NCBI GenBank assembly: GCA_021844425.1
Contig: JAKBTL010000042.1
Coordinates: forward strand, 2,133 to 66,132
DNA: 64,000 nt
Direction of reading: 5' to 3'
Source: Actinomycetes bacterium
GTDB lineage: Bacteria; Actinomycetota; Acidimicrobiia; Acidimicrobiales; RAAP-2
The position numbers and the translations under genes are program-made. Shown here one piece after another: positions 1-9,254 of this stretch. The stretch's first letter is position 1. Each line of letters starts with the position of its first letter. The notes under the pieces are model-generated. The model was not told the origin of the DNA and searched no databases. It saw only the letters and a program-made list of their open reading frames with translations.

Positions 1-151
1 CTTGGCGAGTCGGCGGAGGGCGTCACGAGAGGTCATCGGTCGGCGAGCATGCCCGCCGCGCCGGGGTGCTGTCGAATGGGAGGATTGAAGAGCTGTCAGA
101 GCTGCAGGAGCTTCGGGAGCTGCGGAAGGCCCAGAGAGGAGCACGCGCGCG

Positions 152-1768
152 ATGCGCATCATGATCACCGGCCACGCGGGTATGTTCGTGGAGGCCAACG
201 GGCGGACCCTGCTGTGCGACCCGTGGTTCAACGGGGCGTACTTCGGCTCCTGGTTCCCCTTCCCCGACAACGCCGACCTCGATCTCGACCGGATCTCGTC
301 GCCTGACTACCTCTACATCTCGCACCTGCACAAGGACCACTTCGACGCGCGCTTCCTGTCCGAGCACGTCGACAAGGCCACGACCGTGCTGCTTCCGGAC
401 TTCCCGCTCGACGACCTCCAGGACGCGCTCGAGGCGCTCGGCTTCTCGAAGTTCGTGGCCACCCACTCGGGACGCCGAGTGGACCTCGACGGCCTGCGCG
501 TCGCCATCGCCACCACCACCTCGGTGGCCGACGGGCCGATCGGCGACTCCGCGCTCGTCGTCGACGACGGGACGACGCGGATCCTCGACCAGAACGACTG
601 CCACCCGCGCGACCTGAGCGCGCTGCGCGCGCTCGGGCCTTACGACGTCCACTTCCTCCAGTACTCAGGCGCGATCTGGTACCCGATGGTGTACCGGTGG
701 GACGAGGCCAAGATGCGCGGGCTCGCCCACGAAAAGCGGGTGCGCCAGGGCCAGCGGGCCATGCACTACATCCGCGAGATCGACGCGGCCCATGTGGTGC
801 CGTTCGCCGGTCCACCCGCCTTCCTGGACGACCCCCTCTTCGCGCTCAACGACCTCGACGACGACCCGGCGAGCATCTTCCAGGACCAGCGCAGCTTCCT
901 GCGGGTGCTCGAGGAGCACGGGATCGGACGGGGGTGCCTCGCCGTGGCGGGGACCGAGATCGAGGTCTCCCCGGGCCGGTTCGAGGTCTTCGAGCACCCT
1001 GCGAACGCGGACGTCGAGTCGATCTTCCGCGACAAAGCCGGCTACCTCCGCCGCTACCAGGCGCGTCGCCGGGCAGAGATCGCAGCGGCGCTGCCGGCGC
1101 TGCCGGAGCCGTCGCCCGAGCCCGGCGTGACGGTGGCCCGGTTGGCCGAGTGGATCGAGCCGCTGCTCGCCGCGGCCCCCTCGGTGCGGGCCGCGCTGGG
1201 AGGCGTGATCCTCCTCGACGTCGGACGGTTCGGCGTCGTCATCGATCCCGGCGAGGGGCGGGTGCGCCGCGCGGGGCCCGATGACGCCGGGAGCGCCGGC
1301 CACGCGTTCTTCTTCGACGAGGCGCTCCTCCACTCGCTCGTGGAGCGCCGAGTCGAGGACTGGGTCAACGAGCTCTTCTTGTCGTGCCGTTTCGAGGCGA
1401 CCCGGCGAGGCGAGTACAACGAGACGGTGTTCAGCTTCTTCAAGTGCCTTTCCACACGGCGGATGGCGTACCTCGAGGCGACGCTCAGGCTTGCGACCCG
1501 CACGCACGAGAGCGGGGACGGCGCACCAGGGGAGCTGTGGCGAGCCGACGGCTACCTCGTGCAGCGCCGCTGCCCTCACCTGGGCGCGGACCTCTCGAAG
1601 TTCGGGCACGTCGAAGACGGGGTGCTGACGTGCTCGCTGCACGGGAACCGCTACGACCTCGCCACCGGCCGCTGTCTCACCGCGGAGGGCTTCGACCTCT
1701 TCACCATCCCGCTGGCTCGCGGTCCTTGGACGGGCACGACGGCGGACCCCGCCGTCACGACCGAGTAA
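152..1768 (+). CDS. Metallo-beta-lactamase-fold protein fused to a C-terminal Rieske [2Fe-2S] domain
   Basis: 538-aa ORF. MBL-type metal motif SHLHKDHFD near the N-terminus. C-terminal Rieske ligand pattern CPH-x17-CSLH. Purine-rich GAGAGGA lies about 11 nt upstream of ATG 152; ATG 161 is an alternative start. Confidence 0.8.
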   Translation: MRIMITGHAGMFVEANGRTLLCDPWFNGAYFGSWFPFPDNADLDLDRISSPDYLYISHLHKDHFDARFLSEHVDKATTVLLPDFPLDDLQDALEALGFSKFVATHSGRRVDLDGLRVAIATTTSVADGPIGDSALVVDDGTTRILDQNDCHPRDLSALRALGPYDVHFLQYSGAIWYPMVYRWDEAKMRGLAHEKRVRQGQRAMHYIREIDAAHVVPFAGPPAFLDDPLFALNDLDDDPASIFQDQRSFLRVLEEHGIGRGCLAVAGTEIEVSPGRFEVFEHPANADVESIFRDKAGYLRRYQARRRAEIAAALPALPEPSPEPGVTVARLAEWIEPLLAAAPSVRAALGGVILLDVGRFGVVIDPGEGRVRRAGPDDAGSAGHAFFFDEALLHSLVERRVEDWVNELFLSCRFEATRRGEYNETVFSFFKCLSTRRMAYLEATLRLATRTHESGDGAPGELWRADGYLVQRRCPHLGADLSKFGHVEDGVLTCSLHGNRYDLATGRCLTAEGFDLFTIPLARGPWTGTTADPAVTTE

Positions 1769-1779
1769 CCCTCGCCGTC

Positions 1780-2532
1780 CTACGCGACGCCGCGTGCCTC
1801 TTCGACGCGATGGCGCCAGACGATCAACCCTCCGAGCGCGAGGGTGTAGCCCCCGAGGACCAGCCAGTGCGAGGCCGCGAGCGTCCTGCCGCTCAGGACC
1901 TCGAGGCCGAGCGAGAGGTGGTGGAAGTTGGGGAGGAGGTGCGCGGCGACCTGCAGCGCCCCCGGCATGCTGGTCACGGGCGTGAAGAGCCCGCCGAAGT
2001 AGGCGAGCACGAAGAGGAGGCCGGTCACCACCGGGAAGACCGCCTCGGTGCTGACGGCGAAGCCGAGCAGGACGCCGAGCGCGGAGAACGGGAGCGCGGT
2101 CCCCCACAGCAGCGCGCTGAGGCCGACCCACGTCTCAGGAGAGAGCGACACGCCGCCGAACGTCGCGGCGACCAGCTCGACGAGGAGGACCACGGGGAGG
2201 ACCACGAGCATGCTCGCCGTCATCTTCACGGCGACGTACGACCAGGCGGGAAGCGGCGTCACCCGCAGCTGGCGGGCCCATCCCCCTGCGCGCTCGAGCG
2301 CCACACGGCTGCCCCCGGCGTTCAGCGCGGCGATCAAGGCCCCGAAGGAGCACATCGACACCATCAGGTACTCGCGCCAGGTGACGCCCGCGTAGACGAT
2401 CTTGCCCGACGAGTGATCTCGCAAGAAGAGCATGTAGAAGAGGACGGGGAACCCGACCGTGATGACGAGGAACTTCCAGCTGCGCAGCAGCCGCCCGACC
2501 TCGAACCGGCCGAACGCGACGAGCGCGCTCAT
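1780..2532 (-). CDS. ABC-2 type exporter permease
   Basis: 250-aa strongly hydrophobic ORF beginning MSALVAFGRFEV. Its ATG (2530-2532) overlaps the stop of the upstream ATPase gene (ATGA). The 1005-aa track ORF 1780..4797 is an artefactual upstream extension. Confidence 0.8.
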   Translation of the reverse strand: MSALVAFGRFEVGRLLRSWKFLVITVGFPVLFYMLFLRDHSSGKIVYAGVTWREYLMVSMCSFGALIAALNAGGSRVALERAGGWARQLRVTPLPAWSYVAVKMTASMLVVLPVVLLVELVAATFGGVSLSPETWVGLSALLWGTALPFSALGVLLGFAVSTEAVFPVVTGLLFVLAYFGGLFTPVTSMPGALQVAAHLLPNFHHLSLGLEVLSGRTLAASHWLVLGGYTLALGGLIVWRHRVEEARGVA

Positions 2533-3584
2533 GGCTGGCCCTTCTTCTCGGGGCGGCTCTTCTCGGGGCGGCTCTTCTCGGGGCGGCGGGCAGCGGAGGT
2601 GAGCGCGAGGAACGCCTCCTCCAGTCCGGCTCCGGTCACCTCGAGGTCGCGGAATTCGACTTCCGAGCGCACGAGCGCACGGATCGACGCGTCGGCGTCG
2701 AGGCAGCTCAGCGTGACCGTCGTGCCGCGTACCTCGACGTCGGTAACGCCCTCGAGCGAGTTCAGGACGTCGACGTCCGGCCGGCCCGAGACGAAACGCA
2801 CCTGGCGGCTCGCGACGGCAGCCTTCAGCGTCGCACCGGGGCCGTCGGCCACGACCTGCCCGTGGTGCAAGACGACGACGCGGTCGGCCACCTGGTCTGC
2901 TTCTGCGAGGTGGTGCGTGGCGAACACGGTCGTGCGGCCCTCGTCGCCGAGCGCCCGGATCATCTTCCAGAACGACCGGCGTGCCTCCACGTCCATCGCG
3001 GCGGTGGGCTCGTCGAGGAACACCACCTCGGGGTCGCCGGCGATGGCGAGCGCGAACCGGACGCGCTGGGCCTGGCCGCCCGAGAGGTGGTCGGTGCGGC
3101 GGTAGAGCAGCGTCGTGATGGCGGCGCGTTCGACCACCACGTCGAGCGGTGCAGGGTGGGAGTAGAGCCTGCGGACGAGCCTCACCACGTCGACGACGCG
3201 CACGCCCGGCGGCAGCCCCGTCCCAGAGCCGGTCTGGAGCATCGCCCCGACGCGCCCGGACTCGACTGCGTCCCTCGGAGCACGGCCGAGGACCTCGACG
3301 TGGCCGAAGCGGGGTCGGACGAGACCGAGCAGCACCGAGATCGTCGTGGACTTGCCTGCGCCGTTGGGGCCGAGGAGGGCGAGCGTCTGGCCGCGCCTCA
3401 CCTCGAGGTGCAGGTCGTCGAGCGCACGATGCTCGCCGTAGAAGTGGGTGACGCCCGAGAAGCGGAGGGCGGGCTCGCGCTCGGAGGAAAGGGCGCCCGA
3501 GGGCGGCACTGGCTCGTGCTGTGCTAGGCGGGCCGGCGCGTCCACCGGCGGGAGATCCCCGAAGCTGTGGGCTGCGGGTGCCAC
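2529..3584 (-). CDS. ABC transporter ATP-binding protein
   Basis: Walker A GPNGAGKST, signature LSGGQ, Walker B VVFLDEP. The C-terminal tail carries RPEKS x3 from a 15-bp repeat. The N-terminal about 40 aa and the exact start are uncertain. Confidence 0.85.
   Translation of the reverse strand: MAPAAHSFGDLPPVDAPARLAQHEPVPPSGALSSEREPALRFSGVTHFYGEHRALDDLHLEVRRGQTLALLGPNGAGKSTTISVLLGLVRPRFGHVEVLGRAPRDAVESGRVGAMLQTGSGTGLPPGVRVVDVVRLVRRLYSHPAPLDVVVERAAITTLLYRRTDHLSGGQAQRVRFALAIAGDPEVVFLDEPTAAMDVEARRSFWKMIRALGDEGRTTVFATHHLAEADQVADRVVVLHHGQVVADGPGATLKAAVASRQVRFVSGRPDVDVLNSLEGVTDVEVRGTTVTLSCLDADASIRALVRSEVEFRDLEVTGAGLEEAFLALTSAARRPEKSRPEKSRPEKKGQP
2544..2588. repeat. 15-bp tandem repeat x3 (cttctcggggcggct) in the ABC ATPase C-terminal tail
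   Basis: Read directly from the sequence. In-frame, encoding RPEKS RPEKS RPEK. Confidence 0.9.
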
Positions 3585-3780
3585 ATGCTGCCTCCTTGCT
3601 GCAGGCGCCGTCGTTGTCGGGCGCCTCGAACTTCCTGCCGCTCGCCGTGGCGTTGCGCCCGGCGATCGTGCCGGTGCGATGGTACGGGTGGACGGGGGGC
3701 GACAGCAGGTCGCAACGGCCCTTTTTCTCTGCGAGTTTTCTCTGCGAGCCGTTCCCGGCCCCGACCCCTACACTCGTGCA

Positions 3781-5193
3781 ATGCCCCGATCCTCCGACGA
3801 CCGGCAGGGTCGCGCACAGAGACCGCCCCGGGCGGGAGAACAGGGTCGTCGAAGGAGCGCGCCGCTTGCTGGCGCCTACGGCACCGGCAAGCCGGCGGGA
3901 CCGCGTCGTCCGCCGACGGCGAAGGCAGGCGTGACCAGGGGTGGGTCTCGTGGAGGCGGAACCGAGCACGGCGCGGCCGGCACTCCCCGCACTCCCCGCA
4001 CGCAGGGCGCCCGCCCGCGACCCCAGGGCACCGCCGACCGGCGGGGAGGGGCGCGCGAACCTCGCGGCGAACGGCGCGGCGGCGAACCTCGCGGCGAACG
4101 GCGCGGCGGCGAACCTCGCGGCGAACGGCGCGGCGGCGAACCTCGCGGCGAACGTGCGGGGCGCCAGCCGGATCGCGCCGATCGCGGAGCCGACCGGAGC
4201 CGCCGTGGAGACCTCCCGCCAGGCGCCCGCCGCTGGGGCGGGGTCGCGCGGCGGGGCGCGCACGAGGTCTCGAGGCCCGACGCGAGACCTGCTGGACCGA
4301 GTGGTCGCAGGCCCGAGGGGGGTCTGCACGACGAGGAGCGCGAGCACCGTCGGGGGTACCGCCTGCCTTCGGCGCCTCCCCCGCCACAGGACGAGTGGGT
4401 GCGCGTGGAAGACGCTCGAGCGACGGCCCCGCGTGCGAACGACGTGGTGCGGCGGCCGCCGGTGAGAACGCCCTCGCTGCCCGCAGACGTCGCGAGCGAG
4501 ATCCGCCGCGCAGCGGACGCTGCGACTGCCCACCACCGAGAGGCGCTGGTCAGCCGGATGGAGAAGGCGGTCGCCGCGTACGAGCGCGGGAGGTACCAGG
4601 AGGCGGCGCGCTACGGGACGGAGCTCGTGCGCGAGGTCAGGACAGTGCCCGCGGTGCGACGGATCGCCGGCTTCGCGGCCTACCGGCTGGGGCGCTGGCG
4701 CGACGCGGCCAGGCACCTCGAGGCGTACACGAAGCTGAGCGGCGACCCCGACGCGCTTCCCGCGCTGATGGACTCGCTGCGTGCGCTCGGACGCCACTCG
4801 AAGGTCGCTCAGGCATGGACGGAGCTCCGGCGCGCCGCAGCCGACGCCGACGTGCTCGCCGAGGCGCGCATCGTCGCGGCCGGGAGCCTCGCCGACCGAG
4901 GTCAGCTGCCCGAGGCGATCGAGCTATTGGCGTCGGCAGGGGCCGCACGCCCGCTGCGCAACCCGTCGGACCGCCACCTGCGCCAGTGGTACGCATTGGC
5001 GGATCTCTTCGAGCGTGCAGGCGACCTTCCCAGGGCTCGGGAGCTCTTCGGGCGGGTCGCGCAGGTGGACCCCGAGGCCTACGACGTCGCCGAGCGGCTC
5101 GACGCGCTCGGGCCCGCGAGGGCGCGCCGGTCTCGCCGTCCGAGGCGCGGGTCCTGGCAGGTCCCGAACGGACCGTTCCAGGGTGCGAAGTAG
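3781..5193 (+). CDS. Arg/Gly-rich disordered N-terminus + C-terminal TPR-like helical repeat protein
   Basis: ATG 3781 is the first Met after the divergent intergenic region, in frame with track ORF 3448..5193. The C-terminal half has TPR-like helices (YERGRYQEAARYG..., LADLFERAGDLPRARELF). The N-terminal half is low complexity with GERRGGEPR repeats. Confidence 0.6.
   Translation: MPRSSDDRQGRAQRPPRAGEQGRRRSAPLAGAYGTGKPAGPRRPPTAKAGVTRGGSRGGGTEHGAAGTPRTPRTQGARPRPQGTADRRGGAREPRGERRGGEPRGERRGGEPRGERRGGEPRGERAGRQPDRADRGADRSRRGDLPPGARRWGGVARRGAHEVSRPDARPAGPSGRRPEGGLHDEEREHRRGYRLPSAPPPPQDEWVRVEDARATAPRANDVVRRPPVRTPSLPADVASEIRRAADAATAHHREALVSRMEKAVAAYERGRYQEAARYGTELVREVRTVPAVRRIAGFAAYRLGRWRDAARHLEAYTKLSGDPDALPALMDSLRALGRHSKVAQAWTELRRAAADADVLAEARIVAAGSLADRGQLPEAIELLASAGAARPLRNPSDRHLRQWYALADLFERAGDLPRARELFGRVAQVDPEAYDVAERLDALGPARARRSRRPRRGSWQVPNGPFQGAK
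4055..4154. repeat. 27-bp tandem repeat, about 3.7 copies (gcgaacctcgcggcgaacggcgcggcg)
   Basis: Read directly. In-frame within 3781..5193. Confidence 0.9.
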
Positions 5194-5202
5194 GCTGCCG
5201 GC

Positions 5203-6258
5203 ATGGCCATCGATCTCCAGCAGCTGCTCGGCGACGACGCGGACTTCCTGTTGAACCACGAGGCGAAGGCGTTCCCGGCCGACGGCCTCGTCCTCCCCGG
5301 GCCAGACTTCCTCGAGCGCACCTTCCGGGACTCGGACCGGTCCTCCGCCGTCCTCCGGGCGCTCGGCACCCTCTATGCCCACGGGCGCCTCGGAGGCACC
5401 GGGTACCTCTCGATCCTCCCGGTCGACCAGGGGATCGAGCACTCTGCCGCGGCGAGCTTCGCCAAGAACCCGAAGTACTTCGACCCGGCGAACCTCTGCG
5501 AGCTCGCGCTGGCCGGGGAGTGCAGCGCGATCGCCACCACCCTCGGGGTGCTCGGCGCGGTGTCGCGGCGCTACGTGCACCGTATCCCGTTCATCGTGAA
5601 GCTGAACCACAACGATTTCCTTCACTACCCGAACACGTACGACCAGGTGCCGTTCGCCTCTCCGCGTCAGGCCTTCGAGCTCGGGGCGCTTGGGGTCGGC
5701 GCGACCGTGTACTTCGGGTCCGACCTCGCCGACCGCCAGCTCCACGAGGCGTCCGACGCGTTCGCGGAGGCGCACGAGCTCGGGATGTTCACGGTGCTGT
5801 GGTGCTACCTGCGGAACCCTGGGTTCACGAAGGACGGCGTCAACTACGAGGTGTCGGCGGACCTCACCGGCCAGGCCAACCACATCGGAGCCACCATCGA
5901 GGCGGACATCGTCAAGCAGAAGCAGCCGGAGAACAACGGCGGCTACAGCGTGCTCCAGTTCGGGAGGACCGACCCGCTCGTCTACGACCAGCTGACCACC
6001 GACCACCCGATCGACCTCACGCGCTGGCAGGTCGTGAACTGTTACGCCGGGCGGATCGCCCTCATCAACTCGGGGGGGGAGTCCCACGGGGCGAGCGACC
6101 TCGCGCAGGCAGTGCGCACCGCGGTGGTGAACAAGCGGGCCGGCGGTCAGGGGCTCATCGTCGGTCGCAAGTCCTTCCAGCGTCCCATGGACGAGGGGGC
6201 GGCGCTCATCCACGCGATCCAAGACGTCTACTTGGACTCCGACGTCACGATCGCCTGA
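5203..6258 (+). CDS. fbaB: Class I fructose-bisphosphate aldolase (FbaB/DhnA type)
   Basis: 351 aa, collinear by recall with E. coli FbaB: [57 protein letters not shown], and C-terminal [13 protein letters not shown]. Confidence 0.9.
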   Translation: MAIDLQQLLGDDADFLLNHEAKAFPADGLVLPGPDFLERTFRDSDRSSAVLRALGTLYAHGRLGGTGYLSILPVDQGIEHSAAASFAKNPKYFDPANLCELALAGECSAIATTLGVLGAVSRRYVHRIPFIVKLNHNDFLHYPNTYDQVPFASPRQAFELGALGVGATVYFGSDLADRQLHEASDAFAEAHELGMFTVLWCYLRNPGFTKDGVNYEVSADLTGQANHIGATIEADIVKQKQPENNGGYSVLQFGRTDPLVYDQLTTDHPIDLTRWQVVNCYAGRIALINSGGESHGASDLAQAVRTAVVNKRAGGQGLIVGRKSFQRPMDEGAALIHAIQDVYLDSDVTIA

Positions 6259-6336
6259 CCACCGCTTCGGGATCCCGGCCGCACGGACCGCGCGCACCAG
6301 CTGTGGACTGAAGTCGCACAACTAGACTCGAGCCGC

Positions 6337-8235
6337 GTGACCACCACCGAAGAGCAACGAACCGACGAGCACCAGAACGCCCAGCGCCAGCTGAGCCGGG
6401 TCGTCGTGCGCTTCGCCGGCGACTCGGGCGACGGGATGCAGCTGACCGGTGACCGGTTCACGGCGTCGAGCGCGCTCTTCGGCAACGACCTGTCGACCTT
6501 CCCCGACTTCCCGGCGGAGATCCGGGCACCGTCGGGCACCCTCGCAGGCGTGTCCGCGTTCCAGGTCCAGATCGCCGACGCCGACGTGACGACCCCGGGC
6601 GACGCGCCGAACGTGCTCGTGGCGATGAACCCTGCCGCGTTGAAGGCGAACGTCGGGATCCTCGAGAAGGGCGCGACCCTCGTGGTCAACGTGGACGCGT
6701 TCGACGAGCGGAGCCTGGCCAAGGCCGGCTACGAGTCGAACCCGCTCTCGGACGGCAGCCTGGCGGGCTTCACCGTCTACGAGGTCCCGATGACCTCGCT
6801 CACCCAGGAGGTCTGCAAGGACGCCGGGGTGAAGCCTCGCGACGCGGAGCGCTCCAAGAACTTCTTCGCACTGGGGCTCGTGAGCTGGCTGTACACCCGA
6901 CCGGTGGAACCGACGGTCGACTGGATCGAGAAGCGCTTCGCCGACAAGCCCCTCGTGCTCGAGGCGAACGCGAGGGCCTTTCGTGCCGGGTACCACTTCG
7001 GCGAGACGGCCGAGCTGTTCGAGGCGACCTACGAAGTCGGCCCCGCGCAGTTCCCGCCCGGCGAGTACACGCAGATCAGCGGCAACCAGGCCCTCGCGTG
7101 GGGGCTCATCGCAGCGTCGAAGCTCTCGGGACTGCCGCTCTTCCTCGGAAGCTATCCGATCACCCCCGCGTCCGACATCCTCCACGAGCTTTCTCGCCGT
7201 AAGGAGTTCGGCGTGCGGACGTTCCAGGCGGAGGACGAGATCGCCGGCATCGGCTCGGCGATCGGCGCGGCTTTCGGCGGCGCGCTCGGCGTGACGACGA
7301 CGAGCGGTCCCGGCGTCGACCTCAAGTCCGAGGCGATCGGGCTCGCGGTCAACCTCGAGCTGCCGCTCGTCGTGGTCGACGTCCAGCGCGGCGGGCCCTC
7401 GACCGGGCTGCCGACCAAGGCCGAGCAGGCCGACCTCTTGCACGCGATGTACGGGCGTCACGGCGAAGCGCCCGTCCCCATCGTGGCGGCGAAGACGCCC
7501 TCGCACTGCTTCGACGCTGCCATCGAGGCGGTCAGGATCGCGGTCAAGTACCGAACGCCGGTGATCTTGCTGTCCGACGCCTACCTTGCGAACGGGGCGG
7601 AGCCCTGGCGCCTGCCGGACGTCGACCTCCTCGAGCCGATCGACCCCGGGTTCGCCGCTGCGGCGAACCATCTCGACCCTGACGGTACGCCTGTCTTCTG
7701 GCCGTACCTTCGCGACCCAGAGACTCTCGCCCGTCCGTGGGCACCGCCGGGGATCCCGGGGCTCGAGCACCGCGTCGGCGGCCTCGAGAAGGCGGACGGG
7801 TCCGGCAACGTCTCCTACGACCCCGCCAACCACGAGCGCATGGTCCGCCTGCGAGCGGCCAAGGTCGACGGGATCGTCCGGGACGTCCCGTCGGTCGAGG
7901 TCGACGACGAGACGGGCGACGCGGAGCTGCTGGTGCTCGGCTGGGGCTCCACTTTCGGAGCCATCGTCGCCGCTGTGCGCCGTGTGCGCGCACGCGGGCA
8001 CAGGGTCGCCCACGCCCATCTGGTCCACCTGCACCCGTTCCCCGGGAACCTCGGCGAGGTGCTCGCCCGCTACCGGCTCGTGCTGGTCCCGGAGATGAAC
8101 CTCGGCCAGCTCTCGCGTCTCGTGCGGGCCGAGTACCTCGTGGACGCCCGCTCGCTGTCGAAGGTCCAAGGCGTCCCGTTCCGCGCGCGAGAGATCGAGG
8201 CGGCGATCGAAGCCGAGCTTGGAGGACTCGCATGA
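6337..8235 (+). CDS. korA: 2-oxoglutarate/2-oxoacid:ferredoxin oxidoreductase alpha subunit
   Basis: 632 aa. Motifs FAGDSGDGMQLTG and GSYPITPASDILHEL. GTG start. The stop overlaps the korB start (ATGA). Confidence 0.85.
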   Translation: MTTTEEQRTDEHQNAQRQLSRVVVRFAGDSGDGMQLTGDRFTASSALFGNDLSTFPDFPAEIRAPSGTLAGVSAFQVQIADADVTTPGDAPNVLVAMNPAALKANVGILEKGATLVVNVDAFDERSLAKAGYESNPLSDGSLAGFTVYEVPMTSLTQEVCKDAGVKPRDAERSKNFFALGLVSWLYTRPVEPTVDWIEKRFADKPLVLEANARAFRAGYHFGETAELFEATYEVGPAQFPPGEYTQISGNQALAWGLIAASKLSGLPLFLGSYPITPASDILHELSRRKEFGVRTFQAEDEIAGIGSAIGAAFGGALGVTTTSGPGVDLKSEAIGLAVNLELPLVVVDVQRGGPSTGLPTKAEQADLLHAMYGRHGEAPVPIVAAKTPSHCFDAAIEAVRIAVKYRTPVILLSDAYLANGAEPWRLPDVDLLEPIDPGFAAAANHLDPDGTPVFWPYLRDPETLARPWAPPGIPGLEHRVGGLEKADGSGNVSYDPANHERMVRLRAAKVDGIVRDVPSVEVDDETGDAELLVLGWGSTFGAIVAAVRRVRARGHRVAHAHLVHLHPFPGNLGEVLARYRLVLVPEMNLGQLSRLVRAEYLVDARSLSKVQGVPFRAREIEAAIEAELGGLA

Positions 8236-9254
8236 GCGCGACGGCCGTTGCGGCGACCACGAGGAAAGACTGGGCGAGCGACCAGGAGGTGCGCTGGTGC
8301 CCTGGGTGCGGCGACTACTCGATCCTCGCGGCGGTGCAGATGCTCCTCCCCGAGCTGGGCGTGCGACGTGAGAACACGGTGTTCCTTTCGGGGATCGGGT
8401 GCGCCGCGAGGTTCCCCTACTACATGTCCACCTACGGGATGCACTCGATCCACGGGCGTGCTCCGGCGATCGCGACGGGTCTCGCGACCACGCGCCCGGA
8501 CCTCGACGTGTGGGTCGTGACGGGCGACGGGGACGCCCTGTCCATCGGGGGGAACCACCTCATCCACGCCCTGCGGCGCAACGTGCGGATGACCATCCTC
8601 ATGTTCAACAACCAGATCTACGGTCTGACGAAGGGGCAGTACTCGCCGACGTCGGAGGTCGCGAAGGTCACGAAGTCCACGCCGTTCGGCTCCCTCGACA
8701 CGCCGTTCAACCCGGTCAGCCTCGCGCTCGGTGCCGAGGCCAGCTTCGTGGCGCGCACCCACGACATGGACCGCCAGCACATGCAGGAGACGTTCCGGCG
8801 GGCACACGAGCACGAGGGCGCGGCGTTCGTCGAGGTGTACCAGAACTGCAACGTGTTCAACGACGGCGCCTTCGAGAAGATCACCGGGCGAGAGGCCCGC
8901 AGCTCCATGCTGGTGCCGCTGGTGCACGGCGAGCCCATCCGCTTCGGAAAGGACTTGGACAAGGGCGTGGTCCAGCGACCCGACGGACGCCTCGAGGTCG
9001 TCGACGTGGCAGACGTCGGCGAGGACGCGCTCGTCGTCCACGACGAAGAGCGAGAGGATCCTGGGCTCGCGTTCGCCCTGTCGCGCCTTTCGAGGGGGCC
9101 GTACGAGCCGACGCCGATCGGGGTGTTCCGCGCGGTGCGCCGGCCCGAGTACGGCGCGTCCATGGCGGAGCAGCTGGCCGACGCCCAGGAGCGCCGCGGG
9201 GTCGGGGACCTGAAGGCGTTGCTGCGCTCCGGCGCGACCTGGACCGTCGCCTAA
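8232..9254 (+). CDS. korB: 2-oxoglutarate/2-oxoacid:ferredoxin oxidoreductase beta subunit (TPP-binding)
   Basis: ATG 8232 lies in frame inside track ORF 7737..9254. Motifs WCPGCGDYSIL and the TPP motif GDGDALSIGGNH. Confidence 0.85.
   Translation: MSATAVAATTRKDWASDQEVRWCPGCGDYSILAAVQMLLPELGVRRENTVFLSGIGCAARFPYYMSTYGMHSIHGRAPAIATGLATTRPDLDVWVVTGDGDALSIGGNHLIHALRRNVRMTILMFNNQIYGLTKGQYSPTSEVAKVTKSTPFGSLDTPFNPVSLALGAEASFVARTHDMDRQHMQETFRRAHEHEGAAFVEVYQNCNVFNDGAFEKITGREARSSMLVPLVHGEPIRFGKDLDKGVVQRPDGRLEVVDVADVGEDALVVHDEEREDPGLAFALSRLSRGPYEPTPIGVFRAVRRPEYGASMAEQLADAQERRGVGDLKALLRSGATWTVA

Noticed and set aside
1-36. Minus-strand ATG at 36 (MTSRDALRRLAK...) running off the left edge
   Set aside because: Only 12 codons are visible, which is too short to support as a gene.
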